Shown: piece by piece, positions 42,040-52,696 of the stretch
How the letters are laid out: each line of letters starts with the position of its first letter
How positions within the stretch are numbered: position 1 is the first letter of the stretch
Assembly (NCBI GenBank): GCA_965215885.1
Contig: CBDCEW010000104.1
Span: 32,001-96,000, forward strand
DNA length: 64,000 nt
Direction of reading: 5' to 3'
Source of the DNA: Candidatus Moanibacter sp.
GTDB lineage: Bacteria; Verrucomicrobiota; Verrucomicrobiia; Opitutales; UBA2987
The notes under the pieces: model-generated
The model's input: only the letters and a program-made list of their open reading frames with translations
What the model was told of the DNA's origin: nothing
Database searches by the model: none
Program-made: the position numbers and the translations under genes

Positions 42040-42859
42040 TCACGACGGCACGATCCCCGTCACATCCTTTACCAGATCCCGCAGATAAGTGTACGCTTCG
42101 GCACAGTAGCGCGGGAGGTTTTCCCAGTCCTCGACCTCCAACTCAAGGGCGAGAGGACCCTGGTAATTAATGGTGTGGCTGACGGAGGGCATCGATATAC
42201 CCCTTCAGATCGATCTCGCCGGCCCCGATTGCGACGGACTGGGACCCGATGTGGTCTTTGACGTGAAAGTTGAAGATGCGGTCGCGATATCTCTCGATAA
42301 GCTTCTCCCAGTCGACGCCGGCGGAGTGAAAATGTCCCGAATCAAGTGTAATTCCGACTTGGGGCGACTTGATCCGCGAGAAAATTGCGTCGTAGTCTTC
42401 GAGGAACTGGATCTGCTTTCGATAATGGGGTTCGAGGGCGATTCGCACGGGCCGATCGGCAACTAAAGGCAACAGCGCTTCCAGCCCCGCGATGGTTGCC
42501 TCGATACCCCCTTCGACCCTTTTGTTTCCTGAGATCACTACCAATGGACTACCGAGGACCTCCGCGGCATCGAACAGAGCGGCAATGTCCGGGGCGGCCT
42601 TTTGGGCATCCTCGATCGAGGAGGTGGGAAAGGTCGGGCTGTAGACCTCGGTGCATCGGGTGAGTCCGACCTCTTCCGCCCGGCGCCGCACCAGTTCGAA
42701 GTTGACCCATTTTGCGAGCCCTAGCCTCGAGGTGAGCGGCCCAGCGATGCCCCAGGCGCCGAAACCGATCTTCGGCGCAATGGCAAAACACGCCTCGACT
42801 TCGTCATTGCCGGGCATGCGTGTCGCGCACGTCGTGCAGGAGAGAAGGAACTGGCTCAT
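42040..42859 (-). pseudogene. Sugar phosphate isomerase/epimerase (xylose-isomerase-like TIM barrel), frameshifted near the C-terminus
   Basis: IALEPH, LDSGH, FHVKD and GAGEID motifs; the C-terminal INYQGPLALELE lies in another frame after about 42180. Confidence 0.82.
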
Positions 42860-42887
42860 TGGGGTTTCATATCGGCCGCAAAAAGGC

Positions 42888-43069
42888 CTAGCCCGGACAT
42901 TTCACACACTTCGTAGCGAGACTGCGTAGGTTGCTGCGTATCAGTGACTATCCGCAGCACGGCGGGCGACAGCGTGTCGGAACCCTCTGAGGTCGCCGGG
43001 CAAGGGAAGGCTTTGAGAAGCAGTGACATCCGCGGTCGTAGCAGAAGATTTGTGAAATGTTCGGGCTAG
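42888..43069. mobile_element. MITE family A, 182 bp
   Basis: CTAGCCCGGACATTTCACA...TGTGAAATGTTCGGGCTAG; second copy at 53919-54100. Confidence 0.85.
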
Positions 43070-44082
43070 TGCCACGGATCGACGACGATCTTGCCGGCCT
43101 CGCCCCTGGCGAGAGTCTCAAAAGCGTCCTGAATGCGGCTCATTGGCATCTCATGGCTGATTAGCAGATCGATGAGCGGCGATTCCCGGATCACTTTCAT
43201 CACTTTCGGATAATCACCCTGGTTATAGAGCCACGTGCCGACAACGGTCAGGCCCTTGCGGATCATGTCGCGACTCACTTTGATAGTGAGATCCTCGCCG
43301 CATTCCCCTACGAATGAGACGCGTCCCCTCCGGCGGGCGGCGTCGATGCAAAGGCGCTCACCAGCGACGGTTCCCGAGCAATCGACCGCGCATTCGACCC
43401 CCTGACCGTCGGTCAGGGCGCGAATCTGGTCCAATAGGTCCGGATCGCCCGGGTCGAATACGGCTACCGCGCCCATTTCCCGTGCTCGCTCGGCGCGCCA
43501 TGGGGCGGGTTCGACCCCGATCACGCGGGCATTGCGGAAGCGCGCGTTGGCGATGGCTCCGAGACCGACTGGTCCCAGCCCGGTCACCAGAACGGTATCC
43601 TGGGAGTTGACATTGATCCTCTCCATACCGCCGAACGAAGCCCCGATGCCGTCGATGGCCATCGTGGCTTTCGCGTAGCTAACGTCTTCGGGGATTTTCG
43701 GCAGGAGCCAACCCGGCTTGAGAGTGTAATGGGCAAAGGTGCCGGAGCCGGCGATGGAACCGTTGAATTCCTCAAATTTGATGGTGTCCTCACAGTAGAT
43801 GTAATCGCCCGACATGCAGTAAGCACACCGCCCGCAGGGATACTGGGGTAAGATGACGACGCGATCCCCAACTTCGGCGGGACAGTGTTCGGCCACCTCG
43901 ACGATCTCTCCGACCCCCTCGTGGCCCATCTTGGAGTTTGTCTTTCCTGCGAGGTAAGCTTTGTACTCCGTGCAACAGGCGGATGCGTGCACTTTCACGA
44001 GAGCCCAGTCCGCCTTTGGACGTGGGTCGGGCATTTCCACAAAGTCGACTTGTCGTTCACCGGAAATCGTTGCTTGTATCAT
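43066..44082 (-). CDS. Zinc-dependent alcohol/polyol dehydrogenase (MDR)
   Basis: CCTE, GHE, CGRCAYC...C structural zinc site and GLGPVG. Confidence 0.92.
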   Translation of the reverse strand: MIQATISGERQVDFVEMPDPRPKADWALVKVHASACCTEYKAYLAGKTNSKMGHEGVGEIVEVAEHCPAEVGDRVVILPQYPCGRCAYCMSGDYIYCEDTIKFEEFNGSIAGSGTFAHYTLKPGWLLPKIPEDVSYAKATMAIDGIGASFGGMERINVNSQDTVLVTGLGPVGLGAIANARFRNARVIGVEPAPWRAERAREMGAVAVFDPGDPDLLDQIRALTDGQGVECAVDCSGTVAGERLCIDAARRRGRVSFVGECGEDLTIKVSRDMIRKGLTVVGTWLYNQGDYPKVMKVIRESPLIDLLISHEMPMSRIQDAFETLARGEAGKIVVDPWH

Positions 44083-44269
44083 TGTGCTTCCTTGCGATTG
44101 CTGAGAGAGATAGAGAACTGGAATGGTGGAAGTTTGTAAATGGAAGATCGATTCGTAGTGGCGCAGTTTGGAACCGGCGGCTCCTTAAAACAAGACGAAT
44201 TACCGCTGCATTCATGCTTTCAATCGGCTGGCACCGTGACTACGAATGCTGCTTGGCAGAATTGATGTC

Positions 44270-44599
44270 ATGACAAGTGACGAAGCGCTCATTGCCCGGA
44301 TTCGTCCGATACTCTCCCGCCGAAAGGGGTTCTCCGAAAGGAAAATGTTCGGTGGCGTCTGCTTTATGTTAAATGGGAATATGAGCGTCGGCACCTGGAA
44401 GGGCTCACTCGTCGTCCGGCTGGACAAAGCTAAACACGATGAGGTCCAGGCGGAGCCATACACTAAACCATTCGATGTTACGGGGAGAGTCATGAAGGGT
44501 TGGGCCTTAATCGAACCCGCGGGTATAAAGACCGACTCAGATCTGAAAGCGTGGGTCCGTCGAGCAGCGAAGTTTGCTGGGTCGTTGCCGCCCAAATAA
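44270..44599 (+). CDS. TfoX N-terminal domain protein
   Basis: ERKMFGGVCFMLNGNM, MKGW and WV..A..F..SLPPK. Confidence 0.88.
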   Translation: MTSDEALIARIRPILSRRKGFSERKMFGGVCFMLNGNMSVGTWKGSLVVRLDKAKHDEVQAEPYTKPFDVTGRVMKGWALIEPAGIKTDSDLKAWVRRAAKFAGSLPPK

Positions 44600-44749
44600 T
44601 AGATTCACGTGGGACATTTTAACGCTACGCATTGGTCACAGCGCAGTGTGTCATGCCCTCTGCCCTTGACGAACTGATCGCACGGCGTGATTATCCGGAA
44701 CTATAGAATATCTTGTTCGGCGACAGAATAGTGCCATTGGAGGTATTGA

Positions 44750-45487
44750 ATGGCTTTGAGAGAGGAACTGGAAAGGCAGGGCAATTGGCTGTTCAGTCGG
44801 AGAAGCTACCTGCCTTTACTGATTCTTCCAATTCTGCTTATTGCTCTGCGAAATTCCGAGCAGGTTCTTGGAGATACGTTAGATGACTTTTATGAGGTCC
44901 TCTGCATCACGATATCTTTTCTGGGGTTCACGATACGTTGTATTACAGTTGGCCATGTCCCTAAGGAGACGTCTGGTAGAAACACGGTAATGCAGATAGC
45001 CGAATCCCTCAATACGACGGGTATGTATTCATTGCTGCGCCACCCGCTTTATTTTGGGAATTTTATCATCTTTTTAGGTATAACATTCTCTGTTCAAGTG
45101 TGGTGGTTCAGCCTTTTAATGGTTTTGGCGTTTCTTGTTTACTACGAACGCATCATGTTAGCGGAGGAGGAATTCTTAAGGGACAAATTTGGAGTTTTGT
45201 ATCTAACGTGGGCTGAAGACACGCCGGCATTTTTACCAAAACTCAAGCTGTGGCAACAACCCAGTCTTCCATTTTCGTTTAGAAATGTTCTGAAAAGAGA
45301 ATACACGGGATTTTTTGTTATAATTGCTTCCTTCACACTGCTTGAGATTCTTGCAGATTTGGTTTCCGAAGGAGTCCTTGAAATAGATCTGGAGTGGCTA
45401 ATCATTTTTTCTGTCGGATTGCTTATCTATTTGGTCTTAAGGACTCTGAAGAAAAAAACCGGAATATTGAATGTTGATGGACGGTGA
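44750..45487 (+). CDS. ICMT/PEMT-family membrane methyltransferase, LmtA (lipid A phosphate methyltransferase)-like
   Basis: GNWLF..RSYLP, TSGRNT, LNTTGMYSLLRHPLYFGN, YERI..EE.FL and REY motifs. Confidence 0.8.
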   Translation: MALREELERQGNWLFSRRSYLPLLILPILLIALRNSEQVLGDTLDDFYEVLCITISFLGFTIRCITVGHVPKETSGRNTVMQIAESLNTTGMYSLLRHPLYFGNFIIFLGITFSVQVWWFSLLMVLAFLVYYERIMLAEEEFLRDKFGVLYLTWAEDTPAFLPKLKLWQQPSLPFSFRNVLKREYTGFFVIIASFTLLEILADLVSEGVLEIDLEWLIIFSVGLLIYLVLRTLKKKTGILNVDGR

Positions 45488-45547
45488 TTCGATTCCCGAG
45501 AAAGACCGATCCTACTCATCGGGAGACATCTTCCAATTCTAAAGGCG

Positions 45548-46399
45548 ATGCATAAACTGACACAACCCGCTGCGTCCCTCGGGCTCGCTAAAACGCAGAT
45601 ACAATCGTTTTGGGAAACGGGTTACCTTGTGATTGATGACGTTTTCACTGATAGCGACATTGCGTTGCTCAGGGCGGCGTGTGAATCTTCCGGTTTAGTC
45701 GATGATCTGAAGAAGCGGGATTTTGAGAGCCGCACGGTGCATCTTTTGGAAATCACAACCCGGCACCCGCTCTTTTTGGAACTCGCCAGGAGTCCACGCA
45801 TGATAGAGCGCATGGTGCCCCTGATAGGCCCGGATATTCAGCTTCAGCACTCAAAATTGGCGACCAAGCCGCCGGCGAAGGGAAAGGGACCTGTTAAGTG
45901 GCACCAGGATTTTGCCTATTTTCCGCACACCAACACGGATCTGGTTGCCGTCATGGTTATGCTCGATGATGCAACGCCTGAAAATGGATGTATGCAAGTC
46001 GTTCGAGGCAGCCACAAAATGGGTTTACTGAACCATACCGAAGCGGACGGTCTCTTCCAGGGGCAGTGCCAGGAGTCACACTTGTGGGCGGATGCCGGCC
46101 GTCTTGATCATGTGACGCCGAAGGCTGGAGGCATCAGCATCCATCACTGTTTGACGCTCCACGGTTCTCCTGCGAACCGTTCAGGCGAGCCGCGCCGTGG
46201 CGTTGTGTTCCAGTACCGCGCTGACGATGCCTATCAACTCGCCGATGCCATTTGGGCGGATACAGGACTGCTCATTTGCGGAAAGCGACGAGAGCAGGCA
46301 CGTTGTGACGCCGGAGCTCTTCCCTTGCCGAAATCGCATCGTTACCCTGAGCACCCATTTGGCAATGCCTGGAATCAGGAGGGCGAATTGGCGCGTTAA
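45548..46399 (+). CDS. PhyH-family Fe/2OG oxygenase
   Basis: WHQD, NGCMQVVRGSH and LHGSPANRS..RR motifs. Confidence 0.92.
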   Translation: MHKLTQPAASLGLAKTQIQSFWETGYLVIDDVFTDSDIALLRAACESSGLVDDLKKRDFESRTVHLLEITTRHPLFLELARSPRMIERMVPLIGPDIQLQHSKLATKPPAKGKGPVKWHQDFAYFPHTNTDLVAVMVMLDDATPENGCMQVVRGSHKMGLLNHTEADGLFQGQCQESHLWADAGRLDHVTPKAGGISIHHCLTLHGSPANRSGEPRRGVVFQYRADDAYQLADAIWADTGLLICGKRREQARCDAGALPLPKSHRYPEHPFGNAWNQEGELAR

Positions 46400-46433
46400 C
46401 GGGACTACCTCACCACTTCAGGTTAAATGTGAA

Positions 46434-46646
46434 ATGCGTGAAATCAAATCGATCTGTCTGAGTTGGAAGGCGATTTTGTCTTTCTTGATGTTGCCAGTCC
46501 TGGCGATTCTCGGCGTTTTCATGGCGGGAGTGTTTGGAATCATATGCGGCGTGACGATTGGAGGTGGGTTGATTGGTTACGTCCTGTGTGATTTGGAGAA
46601 GAAGAGCGTTGACGAGGCTGCCGGTACCCATTCGATTGGCGATTGA
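46434..46646 (+). CDS. Small membrane protein, hypothetical
   Basis: 70 aa with one long hydrophobic hairpin; ATG at 46434. Confidence 0.5.
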   Translation: MREIKSICLSWKAILSFLMLPVLAILGVFMAGVFGIICGVTIGGGLIGYVLCDLEKKSVDEAAGTHSIGD

Positions 46647-46686
46647 AGACTGTAAGTGTAGACCGCAACGTCATTCGATTTCGCTC

Positions 46687-48123
46687 ATGCAAAAATTCCC
46701 TCACTCTTTCGTTTCCTCCATTGCATTTTGTGTCCTTCCTTTACTCGTTCAAGCCGACGTCCTCTCCTGGCGAAATGGGGGCGATGGCGCTTATCCCAAA
46801 GCTCAACCTCCACTAGATTGGGAATCCACCGATTCAACATTGTGGACAACCCCGTTCAGGGAAAGCAACGCCAGTCCGATTCTGGTCGACGGAAAGCTTT
46901 TCTTCACTGAAGAACCGACAGCCCTGGTCTGTGTGAACAGCGAAACAGGGGAGCTCCTCTGGAGGCAAAACAATAGTCTCTTGGACTTATTGGGCTTTAG
47001 TGATGAAGAAATACAGGCAGCAAAAGCCACGATTGCGGAATCGGAGCGACTCGATAAGGAGATCGCCCGAAAACAGTATGAACGCAGACGTCTCCAGCAC
47101 TCAGAATCAAGCGCCACCAAGGAGGAGATTGAGAAGCGAAGGAGTGAACTTCGCGATGAATATACTGAACTCGAAAAACAAAGGGAAGAACTGAGAAAGA
47201 ACGACCCTTACGGTAACGCCGTTTTACCCGTCACGCATCCATCGAACGGATATTGTTCTTATACTCCTGTTTCCGATGGAAAAAAAGTCTTTGCCTGCTT
47301 CGGATCCAGTGCGGTTGTTGCCTTCGATCTGAAAGGTCATCGTCTCTGGCACAGGATACTCGACGAAACCGATCACAGTTTTGGCGGATCCGTATCACCG
47401 TTGCTGATCGATGGTAAACTGATCGTACGCTTTTCCGATTATGTCGCGTTGGACCCGCAAGATGGGAGAGAAATCTGGCGCGCCCCGAGTAGAGTTAACT
47501 TTGGCACTCCGGTGGCGTTTGAATTGGAAAACAAAGCCTATCTGTTTACTTCCAGGGGAGAAGTGATTCGGATATCCGACGGAAGAAAACTCACTGAGGA
47601 ATTGGTGGAAATTCGAAGCGAAGATAGAAATTGGGCTGTATTCAATTCTCCCGTGCTGGTTAACGACCGTCTCTACACCGTTCGCGGAGTAGGTGGCGAA
47701 GAGGGAGACGTATACCAGTTCCGGATACCCGACAATACCAGGGACCTCGAGCAGCACGGTTTGGAACTCGTTTGGAGGAAAGACGTTCGTAAGAGGCGCT
47801 ATTATGCATCGCCGCTGCTTATTGACGGATTGCTCTACCTGTTTTCTGACAACCATTGGTTGATGGTACTCGATGCGGACTCCGGCGAGCTGGTCTATGA
47901 GCACCGGATCGAGGGCATGCAAGGGGTGGCCTACCCGAGTCTGGTCCGGGCGGGGAATCTAATTTTCGCCGGTTCCGAGAGCGGGCAAGTTGCCTTTTTC
48001 AAGCCGGGGCGCAGGTATGAGGAAATCTCACGCAGCGAAGTACCGGATTATCGCAGTACCCCCCTCTTCGAAGGTAATAGGGCCTACCTTCGCACCCTTG
48101 AAGATATTCGAGCGATTCAATAG
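46687..48123 (+). CDS. Secreted PQQ-like beta-propeller repeat protein with a coiled-coil insert
   Basis: Signal-like N-terminus; WRNGG, ASP, TPVSDG and YASP repeats; charged helical insert. Confidence 0.85.
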   Translation: MQKFPHSFVSSIAFCVLPLLVQADVLSWRNGGDGAYPKAQPPLDWESTDSTLWTTPFRESNASPILVDGKLFFTEEPTALVCVNSETGELLWRQNNSLLDLLGFSDEEIQAAKATIAESERLDKEIARKQYERRRLQHSESSATKEEIEKRRSELRDEYTELEKQREELRKNDPYGNAVLPVTHPSNGYCSYTPVSDGKKVFACFGSSAVVAFDLKGHRLWHRILDETDHSFGGSVSPLLIDGKLIVRFSDYVALDPQDGREIWRAPSRVNFGTPVAFELENKAYLFTSRGEVIRISDGRKLTEELVEIRSEDRNWAVFNSPVLVNDRLYTVRGVGGEEGDVYQFRIPDNTRDLEQHGLELVWRKDVRKRRYYASPLLIDGLLYLFSDNHWLMVLDADSGELVYEHRIEGMQGVAYPSLVRAGNLIFAGSESGQVAFFKPGRRYEEISRSEVPDYRSTPLFEGNRAYLRTLEDIRAIQ

Positions 48124-48157
48124 GCTCGTTTGCCGGCCTGGCACGGCCATTACACAC

Positions 48158-48315
48158 TTCCTGGTGCGGTCGCTCTTTGTCGTTAGCGGGCAAAATCTCC
48201 AGAACGCCACCTTCGGGAATGTTGATGAAATACTGGCCCTTTGCTTCCTTCGCTGTGAGGATCTCAAAATCCAGAGTGTCGCAATACCATTGAGTGAGGT
48301 TTGCGACGAGGTCAC
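48158..48315 (-). pseudogene. VOC/glyoxalase-like N-terminal fragment
   Basis: Manual translation gives LTQWYCDTLDFEIL...YFINIPEGGVLEILPA; no start codon or C-terminus. Confidence 0.45.
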
Positions 48316-48417
48316 GACGAACCTGTGCTCACGGCTGGCGAAAAGTGGTTTGTTATCATTGACCTGATAACAGAAGGCGTATGGTCTACTCAGACGCCGA
48401 ATAGAGGAGAGAAACTG

Positions 48418-48783
48418 GTGAAGGGACTCATCAAAAAGCAAGTAGAAGTCTGTCTTGAGGAGTTGAGAGGAAAGGCGCTTCGGGAGGAGAGCCTGCAACG
48501 AATCAGCGAACTGGCCGAACAGCTTCCGGACGGACGTCAGGACCTTCTGTATCTTCAGGCAGAGCAGACCTCGGTGACCAGTCGCGTGATCGGCATGAGC
48601 AGTTTCGAAGACGGGCAGTTCAGCGACGGACCAGGCGATCCCGACGACTGGCCGTATCAGACGGTGAGTGAGGCGATGGCCGATGGTTGGCGGATCATCA
48701 AGTTTCCCGAGATGGCCCTGCTCCTCGACGAGCGCCGCACCTATGGATTAGGATGTGAATTCGTTCTCGAGAAATGGAGCTAG
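48418..48783 (+). CDS. Hypothetical protein upstream of a PhyH oxygenase
   Basis: GAGGAG RBS and GTG start; RQDLLYL...WPY....A..DGWRII...EFVLEK. Confidence 0.7.
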   Translation: MKGLIKKQVEVCLEELRGKALREESLQRISELAEQLPDGRQDLLYLQAEQTSVTSRVIGMSSFEDGQFSDGPGDPDDWPYQTVSEAMADGWRIIKFPEMALLLDERRTYGLGCEFVLEKWS

Positions 48784-48853
48784 CATCCTGTCGGAATGAA
48801 ACCGAGTGGCTTTTCGGGATAGAAGTATAAAGTCCGACAGATTCCTAAGACCT

Positions 48854-49720
48854 ATGAGAAACCATGATTGCCAGCCAACGATGAACGATACCCAGGTGTT
48901 GGAATTCTGCAAGAGGGGGTTTCTGGTCCTGGAGGGAGCCGTTCCCGATGCAATCAACCGGCGAACGATCGAGTTTCTGGAGGATCGAGACCATACAAGT
49001 GAGCCGACGGAACTCATGCACGAGGATTGGTTTGTCGACAACGTGATCCTCCAACCCGATGCGGCGGGAGCGATTCGCTCGTTGCTTGGGAGAGATTTCG
49101 GTCTGCCGATTCTGGTCAGTAACCATCGTGCTAGATGCCCATCGCCGAGGCAGTACTGGCATCGGGACGGCGCCTCCCAGTACGGTCCGCAGCTGCACTA
49201 CCTGCAGGTATTCTACTATCCCCAGGATGTGCCACGCGAATTGGGGCCGACCGCACTCCTACCGGGCTCTCACTTTCTCTACAACCTGGGACAGTTAACG
49301 CAGAACTACATGGGACACTATGGCGGTATAAGGGGAACCTATCATACAGCTGCGCCGGCGGGTAGCATTTTTCTGACAGTCTATTCAATTTGGCACCGCC
49401 GCAGCGCCTCAACCGGGACCGGAGTGCGACACAACATCAAGTACAGTTATTTCCGCACGGTCGAGCCGGAGAGGGACTGGCTGATGGAAGGCAACTTCGA
49501 CTTCGCCACCGCCGACTACGGATTCGGCAAACCGCTGACCTACCGGCAGCAGCATCGGGACACAATCGACAACGCGGAGATGTTTTACTGGTTATCCGGC
49601 AAATCGGAAGAGTTTAGCTGCCTCGGGGGGGCGGGCTGGCCGGTAGTCAACTCGGATGGGCACGAAATCGTGGGACGCCCTTACGGGGTGCCGGCGGGAC
49701 GGGATGTGTATGAAGATTAG
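48854..49720 (+). CDS. PhyH-family Fe/2OG oxygenase
   Basis: GFLVL, WHRD, GPTALLPGSH and IWHR motifs. Confidence 0.87.
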   Translation: MRNHDCQPTMNDTQVLEFCKRGFLVLEGAVPDAINRRTIEFLEDRDHTSEPTELMHEDWFVDNVILQPDAAGAIRSLLGRDFGLPILVSNHRARCPSPRQYWHRDGASQYGPQLHYLQVFYYPQDVPRELGPTALLPGSHFLYNLGQLTQNYMGHYGGIRGTYHTAAPAGSIFLTVYSIWHRRSASTGTGVRHNIKYSYFRTVEPERDWLMEGNFDFATADYGFGKPLTYRQQHRDTIDNAEMFYWLSGKSEEFSCLGGAGWPVVNSDGHEIVGRPYGVPAGRDVYED

Positions 49721-49864
49721 ATTAATTAGCTTTTGAACTGTTGAATTTGCGAATTGTCATTGGACTATGGGCTGATCGACATCAGATCACGATTGAAAGC
49801 ACGATGGGAGAGCGGTGTGTTCGATCTTCTGTAACGGGTCAACCTCTTCAGTTTATCTTAGCTA

Positions 49865-52342
49865 TTACTGCTCCAAAGTAAAATGATCGAACTCGACGTG
49901 GCACAGCTCCCCTCTCGCACTGAAGGCGTGAACGAAAATGCCGACGTCTTGCGCGGAATCGGCATCCTCCGTTGAAATTCGATGCAGGGCTGAAAATTGC
50001 TTTCCGGTCCTGGTGACGTGACGAAACTGCGTATCCTCGTAATGACAGACGGCGTATTTCGGGTAGAACCAGTCGACCACACAGCCCGAGTCGTTCTCCG
50101 GGTCGGTCATGTCATTTTTGACGATTAGCCCTCCGCCACAATAGGGTCCGGTGACGTGGCGCACAGAAAACGTGGTGGTGGCAAATAAATCGCCTTCAAC
50201 GCCTTTCAGATAGAGGGCGGCGTATTGACGATCCGGCTTCTGGATCTGGTGTTCTCCTCCGCCGGCCTCGATGATAATTTTCTCGCGGGTTTGAAAGAAG
50301 TTGGCTGCAGTGTTGGCAAAGGTGGCGTAGGGCCAAACAGGAAAGTCGCCTATCTTCAGCTTGTGCGGTCCCTCTTCCTGGAAGCGGTGCTGAAGCGTTA
50401 TTTCCTTCTCTTCACCCGGGGCAAGAGTGACGTGCGTTGACGCAACTGCTTCGCCGTCGGCCAGCAACTTCACAAGTTTGGTTCCTGCCTGCCCGCCGAT
50501 GTTCTTTAGAGGTACGGAAACGAGGGTATTTTTACCGGCCGCCGCAGGCGATTCGATCTTCATTCGCTCACCAAACTCAAACGCGGCGGGGATTGAAAGA
50601 ACTTCGCTGCGAGGTGAGCCACCCTGAAGGTGAGCCACCCTGATCTTATAGTTGCCGGGCAGGTAGCAGGACTGAGTCGTCAGGGTTAACGGGCGGCTTT
50701 CCCCTTCCTTCAGCCATAGCCATTGAGAACCGGACAACTTGCCGTCAACGTGAACCTCGGCCTTGAATGCGCCTTCGTTTCCCGTGTTGGTAACTGTCAC
50801 GCGTGCCGTAAAACTCTCGTTAGCCACAATCTGCTTCGATACTTCGAGGTTGCTAATCGCAGGCTCTCCAGCCAGCGGGAGCATGTCCGTTTGGGATAGG
50901 TCCTCCGCGATGTCCAAAGGAGTCAGGTTCTCGCCCCAATCGTTGTTTGCCAGGTGGATGTCGGATGTCTGTGCTCCTTCGGCGTGGAGAAACGTGCGGG
51001 AAGCCGGTCCTTTGCAGTTTCGAATGGAAACTCCCTTAACCCGTTTGAGGGTCAGGACCGGTCCCGCGCCCTTCTTATCGGAAATATCCTGTACGTCCAG
51101 CCCGTCAATGGCCACTTCCGATCCGTTTTCAGAGATCAAGACTGATTCCACGTCGTCAAGCAGAAGTTTGACATCGCTCAGGCTCAGGCCGTGGACATGT
51201 CGAGTCTTCAGCCAATAGGGTAGGGGCTTCGAATTCCGTGGGAGCGCGGCGCTATACCAATACCGTACAGGTTTCGCGCTTCCTGTGATTGTGATGTTCC
51301 GAAGCGTCACGTTCTCTATGGGAGCTTCCGGCAACCCCCATACGGCGGACCTCCCCTTCAATCCCTGCGCGACGATGTTCTGGAGAGAAATATTCCGGAT
51401 GATCGGCCTGTCGACGGTCAATGATGTCACGTCGATCAACCCGCTGACATTCTTTATGGCAATATTCGTGAAGCTGATGTTCTCGATCGCTCTTTTGGGA
51501 GTATCTTTGCGGTTTGGGCTCATCAGTTGTATGGCCAACATGGCGCCGGTATCTTCGAACGAGCAGTTCGAGACCGCAATGTCCCTGAAGATTCCAAACG
51601 TTCCAGTTCCGATCTTTACGGCGGGATGCCCGCAGTTGCGGATCGTCGAATTCCTGATGACAATATTTTCCGTGAGGAAGCCGCACTCGGGCGCCATTCC
51701 GGACATTTCATTCTTAATAGCAATCGGGTCGTCCTTTGAACCTTCGATCAGCACTTCATCTAAGCAGACGAATTGCGAGCAGACCGGATTGATTCCATCG
51801 GCGTAGCTGTCGAGGCACTTCACGCGGATCACGTCGACCTTGTTGCATCCGAAGAATGTAATCGCCCAGCTGGGCGAGTTTCGCACGGTGATGTCTTTGA
51901 TCAGGATGTTCCGGGAATTCTCGAACAGAATCGGAAGCGGCCCTCTACGGATTGCCTCCCCTTGATGGGAATCTAAAGCCAGGTTGCCGTCGATGGTACC
52001 TTCGCCCACCAGCGAAACGTTTTGAACCTTATCACCGTGAAGGAAAATACGACGGGAGCCGGTTCCGTGGACATAGCAGCTCTTTGGAGGGATCTCGTAA
52101 TCATCCATGTTCTTGCTCTGAAGCAACGTCGCATCGGCTGGCAAGTGCAGCGTAACGTTACTTCTCAGGCGAAGCATTCCTGCCCGATGCGTCCCGGGCG
52201 GAAAAGACACCGTCCCGCCGCCCGCTTTTCCGCAAGCATCAATCGCTTCCTGAATAGCCTTCGTATCCAACTGTCTTAATTCTTTCCGGCGATTATTTCG
52301 ATTTGGTCCTTGGGGCCGTAGAAATAAGCCCCCGGCTGCCAC
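49865..52342 (-). CDS. GH28/pectin-lyase-fold glycoside hydrolase with CARDB-like Ig domains, probably N-terminally truncated
   Basis: DTKAIQEAIDAC...GGGTV, LRSNVTL, DGI, DD and KIGT; NTG...LAPGE Ig repeats; the usual FGA.GDG start and a signal peptide are absent. Confidence 0.75.
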   Translation of the reverse strand: MAAGGLFLRPQGPNRNNRRKELRQLDTKAIQEAIDACGKAGGGTVSFPPGTHRAGMLRLRSNVTLHLPADATLLQSKNMDDYEIPPKSCYVHGTGSRRIFLHGDKVQNVSLVGEGTIDGNLALDSHQGEAIRRGPLPILFENSRNILIKDITVRNSPSWAITFFGCNKVDVIRVKCLDSYADGINPVCSQFVCLDEVLIEGSKDDPIAIKNEMSGMAPECGFLTENIVIRNSTIRNCGHPAVKIGTGTFGIFRDIAVSNCSFEDTGAMLAIQLMSPNRKDTPKRAIENISFTNIAIKNVSGLIDVTSLTVDRPIIRNISLQNIVAQGLKGRSAVWGLPEAPIENVTLRNITITGSAKPVRYWYSAALPRNSKPLPYWLKTRHVHGLSLSDVKLLLDDVESVLISENGSEVAIDGLDVQDISDKKGAGPVLTLKRVKGVSIRNCKGPASRTFLHAEGAQTSDIHLANNDWGENLTPLDIAEDLSQTDMLPLAGEPAISNLEVSKQIVANESFTARVTVTNTGNEGAFKAEVHVDGKLSGSQWLWLKEGESRPLTLTTQSCYLPGNYKIRVAHLQGGSPRSEVLSIPAAFEFGERMKIESPAAAGKNTLVSVPLKNIGGQAGTKLVKLLADGEAVASTHVTLAPGEEKEITLQHRFQEEGPHKLKIGDFPVWPYATFANTAANFFQTREKIIIEAGGGEHQIQKPDRQYAALYLKGVEGDLFATTTFSVRHVTGPYCGGGLIVKNDMTDPENDSGCVVDWFYPKYAVCHYEDTQFRHVTRTGKQFSALHRISTEDADSAQDVGIFVHAFSARGELCHVEFDHFTLEQ

Positions 52343-52696
52343 TTCGTTCCTAAATCTCCAAGCAAACGGCGCTGTCTAGGGGTGCATAGATCCAGCACCT
52401 CCGCCATACTCAATTGGATGTAAACCCCATTATTTCAACCACCATTCCGAAAGTGGCAGGATGATCGATCAATTCGATAAAAACCTTACTTTCCGGCAGG
52501 ATGTTCCGGTATCGCCTGAAAAGCGATTTATTTCCGCAACCTTACGCCGTCGTTACCGTAACGACTTGCGTGCAGTGGCCAGGGAAAAACGGGAACGGAT
52601 TATTCGCGATTGGTAATGCGCGATTGAGCAGGACAGCATCGTTCAGTTGCATTCGCGTATAATCGCGCTATTCGTAGATTTAAAAGGGACGAAAAA

